NCBI RefSeq assembly: GCF_033153115.1
Contig: NW_026889761.1
Location: forward strand, 13,392,001-13,456,000
Direction: 5' to 3'
Length of the DNA: 64,000 nucleotides
Origin: Saccostrea echinata
Lineage: Eukaryota
Positions 50,156 to 63,177 of this stretch are shown here, in pieces. The first letter of the stretch is position 1; each line of letters opens with the position of its first letter. The notes under the pieces were generated by a model. It was given only the letters and a program-made list of their open reading frames with translations, was not told the origin of the DNA and ran no database searches. Both the position numbers and the translations under genes were made by a program.

Positions 50156-50430
50156 CATGGCCGTAGGAACCGGGGGGGCACGGGGGGGGGGCGTGCCCCC
50201 CCTCCCAATAATTTTGCCGATATATAGATTACTATAGTAAACATAGATACTATATGCTTGGGCCCCCTCAATAAAAACGTCTGATGACCTTTTTTTTTTT
50301 TTTTTTTTTTTGAGGAGGTTTTTTTTTGCTTGTCAGTGAATTTTTGGCAGTGCCCCCTCAACTGTCAACTGAAAAATGTATGGTTGTGCCCCCCCCCCCC
50401 CCCAAACTGAAATTGCTTCCTACGGGCCTG
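50156..50430. mobile_element. MITE with G/C-run subterminal arms
   Basis: CATGGCCGTAGGAA / TTCCTACGGGCCTG TIRs with AAATT on both flanks. A similar element lies at 57893-58199. Confidence 0.75.
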
Positions 50431-50948
50431 AAATTACAGAATATAAACAATCATTATAAAGTACTTAGTACTTGTTAAATTGACACACGCATGAATACAT
50501 AATACAAAATGTATATGTTTGAAACAACTCATTATCGTTTATCCTTTTTCCCCTTTCTTATTTACATATCCCGAACATATCTTAAATTTTGAGGTTTGGA
50601 AAGTAAATGAAGGTTGATTGAAAATTGCGTTTTCTGTGTTCTCTTTGAATTAAGTGGAGATAATTCTGCAAAATTTTAAAACTGAATTGTAAATCAAAAA
50701 TGTCTATGTAAGTGTAAAAGATTACCCTGTGCTTGCTTTTTTTTTTTTATCTTAGTGCCTTCTTTTGTAAGAGCGATGTATGGAGTATTCAATCAAAATA
50801 TAAAGAAGGTAACAAATAGCATACTTCAATTAACCCATGTTGATAAAAATCTTTTTTAGGATACAACATTTTACATTTTTTTTCCAAAACAAAATCACAT
50901 CTTCTGCAAACTTGTATGAATAAATATCTAGATTTCTGCATTTTACAC

Positions 50949-51693
50949 AAAGAAAATGGGCAAACAAGGCGAGCAAAATGCCTATGGTGCTACGAATAAG
51001 AAAGTGAAACATTAAATATCAATTATTACAAAATTTTGTTTGATATTTCCTCTTACATTAACGAATACGTTATGTAAAATCTCCACAACTTGCAACAATC
51101 TCACAAATATTGAAATTATTCGTCAATGAAATAGCATACACACTAAAGAGGGCAAAAAATTATCATACAGCTGTATCTTCAGACTAGAAACACATTTTTT
51201 CCATATGAGTGGTCTTTGCTTCATTTTTTTTTGGAAAGTTTATCCTCAAGGTGTGAGTAAAAATATATCTTTTTCGCTTAACAAAAACATGGTATAACGC
51301 CCCACTATACCTTAAAAAAACACTTTTATGACGCAATATTCATATCTTTCCGAGAAATGTTTGAAGTCCATTTAGTTAATGGTCATATCACAAACTTGAT
51401 TTAAATGCCGACATTGTCATGTGTTGTGTAGCGTAGTGGTTAGCGTCTTAGGCTCAGAGAAAGAAAATGATAAACGGGATTTTTTACTGCTTGGTTTCAA
51501 ACCCCAACTATACCATATTTTTTCAAATCATTGAATGATATTTGCCAAAGGAATTTTCCGCAGAAAAAATTGTCACAATTAATGCCTTTCAATTCATAAG
51601 AAATTTACTTTTAATACTTAATTCAAAATTAAATATGATTTGTATAATTTGAAGTTACAGGCATTTTGCAAGCCTTAATTTCCAATCTCCTTT
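50949..51693. mobile_element. TIR element family AAAGAAGATGGGC..., copy 2
   Basis: Collinear with 35736-36303. It also carries tRNA A/B-box-like motifs at about 51425-51510. Confidence 0.7.
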
Positions 51694-52613
51694 TTCCTTC
51701 TTCAACCTTCTAGCTCCATCGCCTAAGAAATGTATGAAGATTACACATAACAAAAGATATTGATTTGTTTTAAAGTTAGGAAAGACTGAAAAAAAATTAC
51801 AGACAACCATTTCTTAAAACAAAATTTCATATACGTATACATGTATTCACAAGCCCAGCGGATCAGAAACAGTTGGCTAGGAAAGATTACAAATGCATTG
51901 ATGTCAATATCACAACCAAGATAACAGGCGATTATTTTTTTAAGCATATGGTCTTGCTGTGAGATTTACATTGGCACAGTATGGATGGCAGGTACACTTT
52001 TAATACATCTGAATTTAGAGATAGACACGTAAACAGCTAATTTTTAAATGACATTTAACCAAATCCTTGACGAGATCTTTTTATAAAGCTGAAAACCAAT
52101 TACTAAAGTATTCAGACGGCCAAGGTTGTGGTTTTTCTGCATATTTGCTGGTTTATCATCTTGCTAAACTTACTGCAATCTCTTAAACTGTTAACCCCAT
52201 AAAAATTGGAAAGTATAATTTATTTCAAGCTGCATTTGAACGAAGGTCCAATTGAATTAGCCATGTAAAAAAAAGTATAACCAAAACAAACAAAAAACAA
52301 AAAAAAAAACAAAAACAAAAAAAAAGAAAAAACTGACAACAGTGTTATATACAGTCTTGATATTGCTGAAAGTTATGTTTGTGATGTTAAACAAATACAA
52401 TATTATGTTTCTTTTTGAATTCCCAGTTTTATTTCCTTTCTATTCCTTTTCAAATGTAAGTTTTACTACAGTGTGAATATCTTTTGTGATACAATAGGGT
52501 ACGTGACACATGACATACAGTTAAGTCGAGGTTAACATTTTTCAAGTCATATGGCCGGAAAAGTTCTTGCATATCCTCAAATTTTTTTAACCCTAAACGG
52601 TGAAATTTCATAA

Positions 52614-52850
52614 ATGAAATATGAAGGTAAGGAATAGTTATCAAGCTCGAATGTCCATTGAAATGGTACATACTGGGAGCAGAGAAAATCTCTTAAAACA
52701 TCAGAGGTGGGATCAGATGCCATGGCGGAGTGAAACGGTAACAATCGCCGTGTGTTCCTTGTCATGATCGTGTAAACGGAAAAAAATCCGTAAAATTCAG
52801 TGTCAAAATAAGGGCCTAACAATTTGTATGAAAAACGTTAGTCAACATTC
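52614..52850 (-). mobile_element. Penelope-like 3' fragment
   Basis: CAGAGGTGGGATCAGATGCCATGG and GGCCTAACAATTTGTATGAAAAACG match the family 3' end in reverse. Confidence 0.8.
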
Positions 52851-53430
52851 GACGATAGATTTCCTGACATCTTTCTTTAAAAAAAATTCGTTTCTATATA
52901 TCGAAATTGATAATATACTAAGTTCTTTCTAATTTTAAGAATAGATAATAAAGAATGGACCCCTTCTTTTTTAAAATATAATTTGTGTTTTCGATTAATG
53001 AATTTTTTTAACTCTCTGAAGGACTACTCAACCACGCTAAATGATACATTTTTCATTGTATTTGATCTCGTCTACGTGATATTTTTAAGCCCTGACACTT
53101 TTTTAATACAATGCACTGAGAAGTGTGTTTGGTGTTTAGATCAAATTGTCTTAATTGAATCACAGACGAATACAAACAACAGTACTGAATTAGAGCTTCA
53201 ACATGTCAATATCGCCTATATGTTAAAAACACTCCAAATAAGGATGAAAAACATATGTTTTATAAATTGTCTGTTACCCTCTCCTGACCAAATATTTAAA
53301 AATGGCCCGACTCAAACAAAAAAATTAAAAGGTCCAGGAAAAGAATATTTTTTAAATCATTTCTGAATTTTCTCACCCGTACACAACTATTTTAATTTTA
53401 TATTATATATTCGTAAGTACTTGTTGACGT

Positions 53431-53852
53431 ATGAAGAAATATGAAAATTCGAATAGTGATCATACTTTTAAAAAATCCATTGGAACAATACAGATTAGGA
53501 GGAGATCAAACACGGACCTCTAAAAACATCAGAGGTGGGATTAGGTGCCATGGATGAGTAAGCGTCCCCTGTCGACCGGTCAATGTGATTATACTGGTCT
53601 GACAATTTGTTTGAAAAACGTCAGTAAACGATATAGATTGCAATGCTAACAAGGTCATATTATCGACCAAAGAATTTGCGAAATGTTGACTTTAAACGAG
53701 ACTGTTGATATCCTTGTATCATCAAGTGATTTGTCAATAGCATGCAGATCGTAAGCAGAACATGCTCTTGCGAATCGAATCAGTCTGGAGATATTAACTC
53801 CATATGCAGGTGATAATGGTATATTGCTAGGTAAATAAGGGAAGCTGAACAT
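53431..53852 (-). mobile_element. Penelope-like 3' fragment
   Basis: Minus strand FPYLPSNIPLSPAYGVNISRLIRFARACSAY followed by the 3' element. Confidence 0.85.
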
Positions 53853-53999
53853 TCTATAACGCTAATCTATACAAACCCTTTTTTTTTTAAATACCTACCT
53901 TCCCTACTTTTTATCCTGACTTGGGTGAGTGCAAACAAACATTTTTTTAATAATTGCCTTTGCAAAAATTGGTGTACATAATGATTAATGTTTAATTAA

Positions 54000-54250
54000 G
54001 GCCATCTTTAAAAATATGTTTGCTTGCTCTCTCCCGGCTCAGGATAAAAATATGGAGTCGGTAGGTAGGGGGAATGTTTTTTTATTCAAAAACACTTGCG
54101 AATATGATGTTAAAATAGTTATTAATGGGATCAAAAAATTCAGAAATGAATAAAAAAAAATGATTTTTAGAGGTTAAAAAAGTTTTGAGTCGGAGCATTT
54201 TTAGTCAGTCGGTCGGGAGAGGGCAACCAAACAATTTTTTAAAGATGGCC
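54000..54250. mobile_element. PIF/Harbinger-type MITE
   Basis: TAA-GGCCATCTTTAAAAA ... TTTTTAAAGATGGCC-TAA. Confidence 0.85.
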
Positions 54251-54593
54251 TAACTAACCAAATCTTGAAAATCTTACGGTTTGTCGTTCCTTCCAAAGCA
54301 GTGGTCGGTGCAAAATAACTGCTCTCCTTTAATTAATAACTTGTCATTGAAACTATAAAATTAATATGTATGGATTTGTAATATATTTAATTTTTTTATT
54401 GCAAAACTTGAGTCATATTCCAATCTACAAAGATATTGGCCAAACAAACGTATTCCAAACTTAGAGATTGCTTAATTAACACTTGAAAGTGGTTTATTGT
54501 CTTTATAATATAAACGTTTAATTTAAGGGTTGTTTAGAAAACAATCCACATATTTAAGAAGATATTAGATGTCTATATTGGCAAATGAATCTG

Positions 54594-55772
54594 TCATGAT
54601 GGTTTGATGCAGGTATTATTCCAGATCCAGGATTGAATATCAGGAATAGATACTTTACCATCCTGTTTCCTATCATGTAACCTAGCACACATTGGACATA
54701 AAGCTACCTCCCAGTGAAATCTGTCACCGCGGTACTTGTCCTTCTCCCGTAGATACTCAGAATAAAGCGTTTCGTTTGACCCAATCCGATGTAGGTCCTT
54801 CGCTAATTCTGACGGGGAAGAATAATCCAGTATGTTTATAAATGTTCCTTTTGGGATATATTCGTGAACGTTTTGAGGTCCATAAACGATAGGTATCATA
54901 GTGAGATTATAAAAGAAAAAATTAAATAATTTCTCTGTTGTGTAATCTTTGCATATTGAGTTCTCAACAGCAAGGAAGAACTTGTATTCTTCCGCGAATT
55001 TTTTGTGACAATCGGTCACTCCGGCAGAACGTCTACCACATTTTAGTTTCCCGCATCGTCCGTATATATCAACATCAATATATTTCTGAAGCTTTTGGAT
55101 GTAGTCTTCCCGTTTTGAAGACGTTTTACAATTACTAACTGCCCAGGCAACAGTCTTTTTCTTTTTTCGGAATATCTCTGAATAATTCCGTATCAGGGGA
55201 ATCTCTCTTTTATTTACTTTTCCATAAAAGTAAGAGAAATCTGAATCCCTTCGATATGTCATTGTCCAAGAAAATTTATCCTTCCATTGTTGAGGTATCG
55301 AATATAAAAAAGGAGACTCGATTGAAAAGAATGTCCAAATTTGCCCCTCGTTTTTCTTAGGAACTCGTGCAGGTAGATTTTCTCCAAAGAAGATAACACT
55401 CTTCGAAGAGTCATATAAGTTATTCTTAGTGTAGACAAAACATTTGTGTTTCAATGCATGATGTGGACATCTAGAGGAATCCAAAGTATTATATTCCATT
55501 GACATCCAAGAAGGCATGTTATAAAATACGATGTTGTACCTAGATCTGTCGTCTTCTGTTGCTTTAACAGCACTGTTCGTATTGCTTATTACTTGCTTTA
55601 CCACTGTGATTGTATTAGTATCTCTTTCTCGAACACTAAGCGTTACTCCAGGGCTGCTGGTTGTAGAATCGTATGTTTGGCTTGGATTATACCAGATGTT
55701 GTAAAATGCATACTGAAGTAGGAAACACAAGACCAACACTGGTATCACGACTTTACATTGATCTTTTCTCAT
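54594..55772 (-). CDS. Alpha-1,3-fucosyltransferase (GT10 family), 392 aa, paralogue A
   Basis: Type II membrane anchor, W.FFSIESP, WTMTYRRDSD, AWAVSNC and the GT10 motif YKFFLAVENSICKDYTTEK. Single coding exon with an acceptor about 37 nt upstream of the ATG. Confidence 0.95.
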   Translation of the reverse strand: MRKDQCKVVIPVLVLCFLLQYAFYNIWYNPSQTYDSTTSSPGVTLSVRERDTNTITVVKQVISNTNSAVKATEDDRSRYNIVFYNMPSWMSMEYNTLDSSRCPHHALKHKCFVYTKNNLYDSSKSVIFFGENLPARVPKKNEGQIWTFFSIESPFLYSIPQQWKDKFSWTMTYRRDSDFSYFYGKVNKREIPLIRNYSEIFRKKKKTVAWAVSNCKTSSKREDYIQKLQKYIDVDIYGRCGKLKCGRRSAGVTDCHKKFAEEYKFFLAVENSICKDYTTEKLFNFFFYNLTMIPIVYGPQNVHEYIPKGTFINILDYSSPSELAKDLHRIGSNETLYSEYLREKDKYRGDRFHWEVALCPMCARLHDRKQDGKVSIPDIQSWIWNNTCIKPS

Positions 55773-57892
55773 CTCTGCTTTTCATACACAGTAACTGTAG
55801 TTGCAATAACTGTCAAAAAAGAAAATTCAACTTTTTAGTCAATTTCAATCCATAAGAAGTACATTTATTTCAATTTTAAACCTTCGAAAATTGAAGGCAC
55901 TGAAATATTACCCGAAATAAAAATCAAATTAATAAATATTAAAAAAAAAAAAAACCAGTTTGATAATTCAAAGATTTAAAAATTCTCCATATTTGAGAAT
56001 AATTGGGAAGGAGTTTTAAATAGCAACGGTCAAATTGCCTAAATTCTATCTGACGAGTTAGTGTTAACATGGCCCATTATTTTAAACCTATCAATAACTG
56101 AAATATGCTTTGCTTATTAGTATATTTGAATCAATGTGACACAAAGCCCCAACATCAGCTAACAAAAGCTAATGGTTCAAAGTTATTATTCCAGAATTAT
56201 TATTATTATGCAGCATTATCATAACATATTTTTACAGCGGAAAATTTTTTACCAAAATACATATCATATTGCTTTTACTCAGGGTTTATCATCCCTTTCT
56301 ATCTGTCATATAAAGTTTTGCCTTAAAGGTAATGATTTTCGCAAAGAATCATAATTGAAATGCAATTAGTTTTAACATACCCTTCGGGTCAAAGTTGGAC
56401 AAAAATCACTTTTTAAATTGACAATTTCTTTTAAAATAAAATCTCTTATCAGAGGGACAATGACCCTAAATAGCAATTCCAGGATTAGTTCGGTCATAGT
56501 CACCTTCCTTAACACTGACCTGGAGTTTGTACATCGATGTCAAACATGTATTCTTTTAAAAGGATTTTTCCTAGTCAACGATACCAAAACTTAAGGAAAC
56601 TAATTAGTGTAAATTGCTAGATTTTGTTTCAGAATCCTGTTTATATTCCGTATCTATGATAATTTATGGCAATTTATTTAAATTAAATAAATTTCAAACT
56701 GATGAAATTTACTGTGTTCGTAAATAACAAATGCAAAAAGAAAAATGGTTAAATGGAAAGATATTTAAAAAGAGGATTGGGGCAAACTGATGAAACCTTT
56801 ATGTTTTATTACATGTATCAATTCATTGATATTAATATTTGAATATCAAAATTATGTGTCTCATTCAAAGGGAAAACATTGTTTTATTAAGTTTTATTCC
56901 TTTTCTCCTTCTACCAAATATTGCATGGATCAAAACTTGAGGAAATCAGTAAAAAGGAGGCCTACCCTTCCAAGGGCCAGAAGGGGGTATTGTTTTTTGT
57001 CAGTTTTCTTCTTCTTATCGTTATTATTATGTGACCCGAACGAAGTTCCACTCAATTCTAACGTAATTTCACAGTAAAAAATAATTACCAATTAGGTAGT
57101 TATGCAAGTTATGCAAGCAACATTAAAGATAGGCGCTATATTTATAAAATATATATATATATATATATATAAACAGACCCCTGGTCTGTCAATGCACGCT
57201 AAAAATCCCCGGAAAATTACATATGTTACTGTAATCATTGCGATAACATTAATTTTCTTCTCTAAAAAATGTACAACAAATACAAATATATACCAAGTAA
57301 ATCTCCCTAATACATGTATGTCAGATTTTGAAGTAAATGGCTTCAAAGACAGGGGAGTGGTGATGTAATTTTCAAAGCGTACTTTGAATTGAGTTTGCTG
57401 CAAATGCTAAGAAATTCAGGGTTTTTTTTTCAGTTTTAAAGTTAGAAAAGCGCAGACAACTCTGATATTGGTCAATTTGATTTTATATACTGATTTTTGT
57501 AGCTTTAAATTAAAGTTAAAGATCTGTTAATTGCACCAAAATCAGAAATTCTTCCGACCCACTGAAGTTTAATGCTTTTCTCCGTCTGCCGAGTAGTGAT
57601 CAGCCGACCAATTCGCCTGTTTGACTTGGGCATTTAAACTAAGAATGCTTCGTAAACATGATTCCTGCAGATTACACGCCAAATATGTCATTCTTCTTTT
57701 AAAAATAATGGTAAAAGATACAACTGGAGTAGTTTTCCAGGACCACCAGTCAATAAATGGCGTCTTACGATAGAACTTCATTCTTAATGTGTCATCTCCC
57801 GAGGGAGATTACATGTCGTCCATTCCAGATAGCAGAGGTCAGAAAGCAATCAATTGCAAGCGTAACGAATGCGATGAGTATACCCCACTGCT

Positions 57893-58199
57893 CAGGCCCT
57901 TAGCAATGGTTTCAAAAGGGGGAACTTTCCAAAAAATCTGACAAGTGAAAAAAAAAAAAAAAAAAACTAAAACTGACCAAAGTGGGGGGGGGGGGGGGGG
58001 TCAACTTCCCAAAATTATCTGACAAACAAATAAAAACTAATTTCCTGTGAAAATCCTGGAATTTGACCGTGCTCGACCTTACAACATCAAAAGGAGAGGG
58101 GCAACCAGCATCTAAAAGGAAATTTACTATTAATAGCAAAATACTATACTCAGAAAAAGTGGGGACCCCCCCCCCCCCCCCCCGTGTTCTACGGGTTTG
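57893..58199. mobile_element. MITE with G/C-run arms
   Basis: CAGGCCCTTAGCA / TTCTACGGGTTTG imperfect TIRs; same architecture as 50156-50430. Confidence 0.55.
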
Positions 58200-58622
58200 T
58201 TGCTGGTAACGGAGATATCCAAACTAATATGAAGTATTGCTATTTACACGTCGTGTTCAACATCTAGATGAGATGCACTGCAATCAAAATTCATATCTTC
58301 TTTTCTTAGGCCTGTCGTTCCGTTAGGAACATAGGCCATCGACGACAGTCCTCCAATAAACTCATAACAAAATCCATAACATTCAACAATAAATCAAAGA
58401 TAACTTTTATAATTTGAAACTCGTCCATGCAGATTAAAACTTTAGAGCCCTTTAACACTCCAGTTTTTACTATATATTCTTAATCAAACCAACAAAGGTT
58501 CCATTATCAGGGTTGATACGTCATATTGTTTTATGTAAACTTCGTTAACACCATAAAGACCGGCGCAATACAATATTCTTTCACTTACATGTATATTAAA
58601 ATTTATATATTTTTTGTTTTGT

Positions 58623-59388
58623 AAGAAGATGGGCGAAAAGGGCGTGCAGAATGCTCATTGCTTTAATTGTATAAAAATCAAATTCAATTTGTGAATCAAA
58701 TATTTAAAGCGAAGGTTTAATTATTGAAAAGTCTGACATTATGACAAACAAAACTTTTTTGCGGAAAAATTCTTTCGTTATAAATTATTCTACGATTTAA
58801 AAAAAAATAAGGATATCTTGGGATTTGAACTCAATTCAAGCAATAAATTCCTAGCTGAGTTTCAGTTTATTCATTAAGACTGACATGCTAACCACTACAC
58901 CAAATACATCCTAACAGGTAATGACATTTAAATCTCGTTTTTCATATGACCCTTGAATAACTAGACTTCAAATATTTCTCAGAGGGATACGAATTTTGTG
59001 TCATAAAAGTGTATTTTTAAGGTAGAGTGGTTTCTTGTTCCATGTTTTTGTTAAGCAAAAATGTATATTTTGAAACATACTTTGAAGATATACTTTAAAA
59101 AAAAAAAAAAAAAGATTTGAGCAAAGACCCACTTACATCGAAAAAATTGTGTTATGGAATGAAGAAATGATTATTTGTACCCTCTTGGTCTGTGTATGCT
59201 ATTTCATAGAATAGTTATTCAACACTCGTAGGATTATTGCAAATTGTGGAGATTTTACGCAAAGTATATACATTAATGTTAAATGAAATATGAGGAAAAA
59301 AATTGTGTTATAATTAAGATTCAATATTATTTTATTTTCTTCTTTGTCGAACCAGGCATTTTTCTCGGTTTGTTTGCCCATCTCCTTT
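58623..59388. mobile_element. TIR element family AAAGAAGATGGGC..., copy 3 (inverted relative to copies 1 and 2)
   Basis: The right end reverse-complements to CAAAGGAGATGGGCAAACAA...GTAAAATCTCCACAATTTGCAA, matching the left end of the other copies. Confidence 0.72.
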
Positions 59389-61004
59389 GTGTAAAACATT
59401 TTCTTTCTTCAACCCTGTAGCTTCTCCAACTATAGAAAGTTTGTTTAGAAGCTAGAGCAGACAACAGAAAATCATTTTTTAACACGCCAATGCATAAAAT
59501 CGCAAGCCGAGTACTTTTTTCTGTCCCACTTAAGTAATGGAGTAGATCAAAAACACCTGCCTAGAGGAAATTACAAATGCATTGAAGTTTGTATCACAGC
59601 ATTATGAAACCACACACTTGCTGTGGGATTTACAATATCACAGCATGAATGGCAGGTACACTATTATGATATTTGAAAACAGAGATAGACACATACATAC
59701 ACCAGTGATTTACCATCTATCTTCCTTAAGATTATGCATGAGGCAGATACATCTAACAAAACCCTGAAAGGCATCTAACTTATTCTAATGGCCGCATGCG
59801 TGGTTTTTCTACATTTTTGCTGGCATATCGTTATGCTTAACTTTACTGCGATCTTTTAAACTTTTATACATCATGAAAATTGGAAGGTATCTGTATATTA
59901 TATTTATTGAATACAAACAGTGTTGTTCATCAAATTATTAAAAGGGCATGATTAGTATAAAAGAAACTACAGTGTACTTAACAATATAGAAATAACATAA
60001 TAAAATTGCCTATACACATGTTTTAAATATGGAATGACTGCAAAATGAATATTTCCTCAAGTATATGCACCTCTTTCCAAGAACGTTTACAGAATGTAGT
60101 TGTTCTAAGTTGATGCAGTAAACATAGGTTCAATTCGATTTTACTTTCTATTCTTTGAAGAAAAAAGCCACTTATTTAAAGACTGGTATACTAGTACTTG
60201 AATAAATGGTATAATTTTGATGAAATAAAGTATAACTTATTTAAGGGTGCATGTGCTCTAAAGTCCAGTTGTTCTGACCTGTCCTTAAAAATGTAAAAAC
60301 GAAAAACAGACCTTATAATTTTACAATGTTGTTCGTTATTTTCGTTTAGTCTGACCAAAATAAGTATACGGTCCTTTTTTTAAATTACAGTTTTATTTCC
60401 TCCTATTTCTATTCATATGTTATTTTCAGTATTTGAGTACAATGATTTTTTCTTTTATGAAAACAGCGGCAACCAACCAAAAAAATAAAATAAAGATGAG
60501 GAAACGTGTAAATATAAACCTTCAAAATTAGTCATCTTAGCTTAAACAATGAAATGACTTTAAAATACCTATTTTTCTGATAACAATCATTTCTGATAAG
60601 AGATTTAAGAATTCCCGCAAAGAAACACACATACATTGATGTCAATTCATGTTTGAATAGTTTTTTTTTTTCTAAACAGGCCAACATTTTGAATATTTGA
60701 AACAAAGAAAATGTTTATTATTTTAGAAATAATCTATGGTAATAAATCCTACACAGCTTAAAGAAAAGAAAATTGATGCAGAAAATCCTTTGAATTATAT
60801 ATGCACTGGACTGACTATATTCAAAGCAGATGACAATGTAGAAAAATAGTAATAATAGTATGATTTGGAAAACACAGAGAGCATCTACCCCCGACTACCA
60901 GTCTTTTGAAAATAATTTACACTCAAACACAATTAACGAATGATACAATGCCCTTGTTTGCAAACACAACTTGTCGTTAGGTTGAAACGTTGACTGACGA
61001 TTTT

Positions 61005-61229
61005 AATACAAATTGTTACAAAAATACTTTCATAATGATTTGTGTACGGATTACACCGTTCACCGGATGAAGACAAAGGGCTCATGCTGAGTGTAACAGG
61101 TCGACAGGGGATGCTTACTCCTCTGTAGCACCTGATCCCTTCTCTGTTGTTTTCAGTCCTGCTTGCTTTGCTCTGTAATGTTTAATTGTACTTTGAGCAC
61201 GATTTTCGTTCGTCATCTTAACATTTCAT
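61005..61229 (+). mobile_element. Penelope-like 3' fragment
   Basis: GGTCGACAGGGGATGCTTACTCCTC..GCACCTGATCCC, ending ACATTTCAT. Confidence 0.75.
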
Positions 61230-61289
61230 TGGGAAACCTAACCTTCACTTAAAAAAACAAATGAAAATTGAGCAATTATGATTTAAAGG

Positions 61290-61293
<4 letters not shown>

Positions 61294-61367
<74 letters not shown>
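61294..61367. repeat. (TA)n microsatellite
   Basis: Direct observation. It abuts the 3' end of the next retroelement fragment. Confidence 0.97.
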
Positions 61368-61370
<3 letters not shown>

Positions 61371-61375
61371 TGAAT

Positions 61376-61720
61376 ATTTGGAGCAGAGCAAACACGGACC
61401 TCAAAATTTAGAGGTGGGATCAGGTGCCATGGAGGAGTGAGCATCCCCTGCCGACCGGTCACACCCGCCGTGTGCTCCTTGTCATGATCGAAAAATTAAA
61501 AAAACGGAAAAATCCGTAGATAATTTAGTGTATAAGTAATGGCCTAACATTAGTATGAAAATCACCAGTCACCATTTGACTTATTGATAGGTTGTATGTG
61601 CTGACAAGGTCCTTGTCTCGACCGTAAAACTTGCGAGACGATGACTTCAAACGAGACTGTTGATATCCTTGTTTTATCAACTTGTTTGTCAATAGTTTGC
61701 ATCCTTTTAGACAATGCAAG
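61376..61720 (-). mobile_element. Penelope-like 3' fragment just downstream of fucosyltransferase B
   Basis: Minus strand KLLTNKLIKQGYQQSRLKSSSRKFYGR plus an intact 3' element almost identical to 6740-6845. Confidence 0.88.
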
Positions 61721-61763
61721 TATATAAAGCATGTCTATTAGACGTACGTATAGTGGGATATCA

Positions 61764-62888
61764 TTATGGTTTGATGCAGGTATTATTCCAGATCCAAGAA
61801 TGAATATCAGGAATATGTTCATCCTGTTTTCTATCATGTAATCTAGCACACATTGGACATAAAGCTACCCCCCAGTTAAATCTGACACCACGATACTTGT
61901 CCTTCTGTTGTAGATATTCAGAATAAAGCGTTTCGTTTGACCCAATCCGATGTAGGTCCTTTGCTAGTTCTGACGGCGAAGAATAATCCAGTATGTTTAT
62001 AAATGTTCCTCTGGGGATATATTCGTGAACGTTTTGTGGTCCATTGATGATAGGTATCATGGTAAGATTATGAAAGAAAAAGTTGAATAATTTCTCTGTT
62101 GTGTAATCTTTGCATATTGAGTTCTCAACAGCAAGGAAGAACTTGTATTCTTCCGCGAATTTTTTGTGACACTCAGTTACTGCGGCTGATTTTCTACCAC
62201 ATTTAAGTTTTCCACATTTGCCGTATATATCAACATCAATATATTTCTGAAGCTTTTGGATGTAGTCTTCCCGTTTTGAAGACGTTTTACAATTACTAAC
62301 TGCCCAGGCAACGGTCTTTTTCTTTTTTCGGAATATTTCTGAGTAATTCCGTATCAGGGGAATCTCTCTTTTATTTACTTTTCCATAAAAAACAGTGATA
62401 TCCGAATCTCTTCTATATGTCATTGTCCATGTAAATTTATCCTTCCATTGTTGAGGTACCGAAAATAGAAATGGAGACTCGATTGAAAAGAATGACCAAA
62501 TTTGCCCTTCTTTCTTTTTCGGAACTTGTGCAGGTAGATCTTCTCCAAAGAAAATAATGCTCTTTGAGGAGTCAAAGTACTTGTTTTTAGTGTAGACAAA
62601 ACATTCGTGTTTTAACTGTGGACAAGTAGCGAAATTCAGATTATTATATTCCATTGTCATCCAAGAAGGCATGTTATAAAACATAATGCTGTACCTAGAT
62701 TTGTCGTCATCTGTTGTTTTAACGGCACTGTTTAAATTGGTCCACACTTCTTTTACCATTTTAATTGCTTTTCTTTCTTGAATACTGAAAGTTACTTCTG
62801 GGTTATACAAAATTTTGTAAAATGCATAGTGAAGAAGGAAGCACAGAGCCAACACTAGTATTACCACTTTACATTGTTTTTTTCTCAT
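61764..62888 (-). CDS. Alpha-1,3-fucosyltransferase (GT10 family), 374 aa, paralogue B
   Basis: Same motifs as paralogue A with a shorter stem. Intact ORF with a homologous upstream acceptor. Confidence 0.95.
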   Translation of the reverse strand: MRKKQCKVVILVLALCFLLHYAFYKILYNPEVTFSIQERKAIKMVKEVWTNLNSAVKTTDDDKSRYSIMFYNMPSWMTMEYNNLNFATCPQLKHECFVYTKNKYFDSSKSIIFFGEDLPAQVPKKKEGQIWSFFSIESPFLFSVPQQWKDKFTWTMTYRRDSDITVFYGKVNKREIPLIRNYSEIFRKKKKTVAWAVSNCKTSSKREDYIQKLQKYIDVDIYGKCGKLKCGRKSAAVTECHKKFAEEYKFFLAVENSICKDYTTEKLFNFFFHNLTMIPIINGPQNVHEYIPRGTFINILDYSSPSELAKDLHRIGSNETLYSEYLQQKDKYRGVRFNWGVALCPMCARLHDRKQDEHIPDIHSWIWNNTCIKP

Positions 62889-63177
62889 CTCTGCTTTTCA
62901 TTCGCAATTGTAGCTGCATAAACTGTCAAGAAGAGAAGACATCATACTAGTAAATCCCTTAGCAAAAGAAATCTCTAGTTATCATTTTCTACACGTTTGG
63001 AAATAAAGACGCTGAAAATTCATCAAAAATTCATTAAAATAATAATTATTGAAACGCCACTTTAATACCTTTTAAAGATCAGGCAGATATAAAGATTCTC
63101 GATTTTTGCGGACAAGTGACAGAGTATTTATCTATCAACCGTCAAATTGCCTTAAATTCTATCTGATATAATTTATT

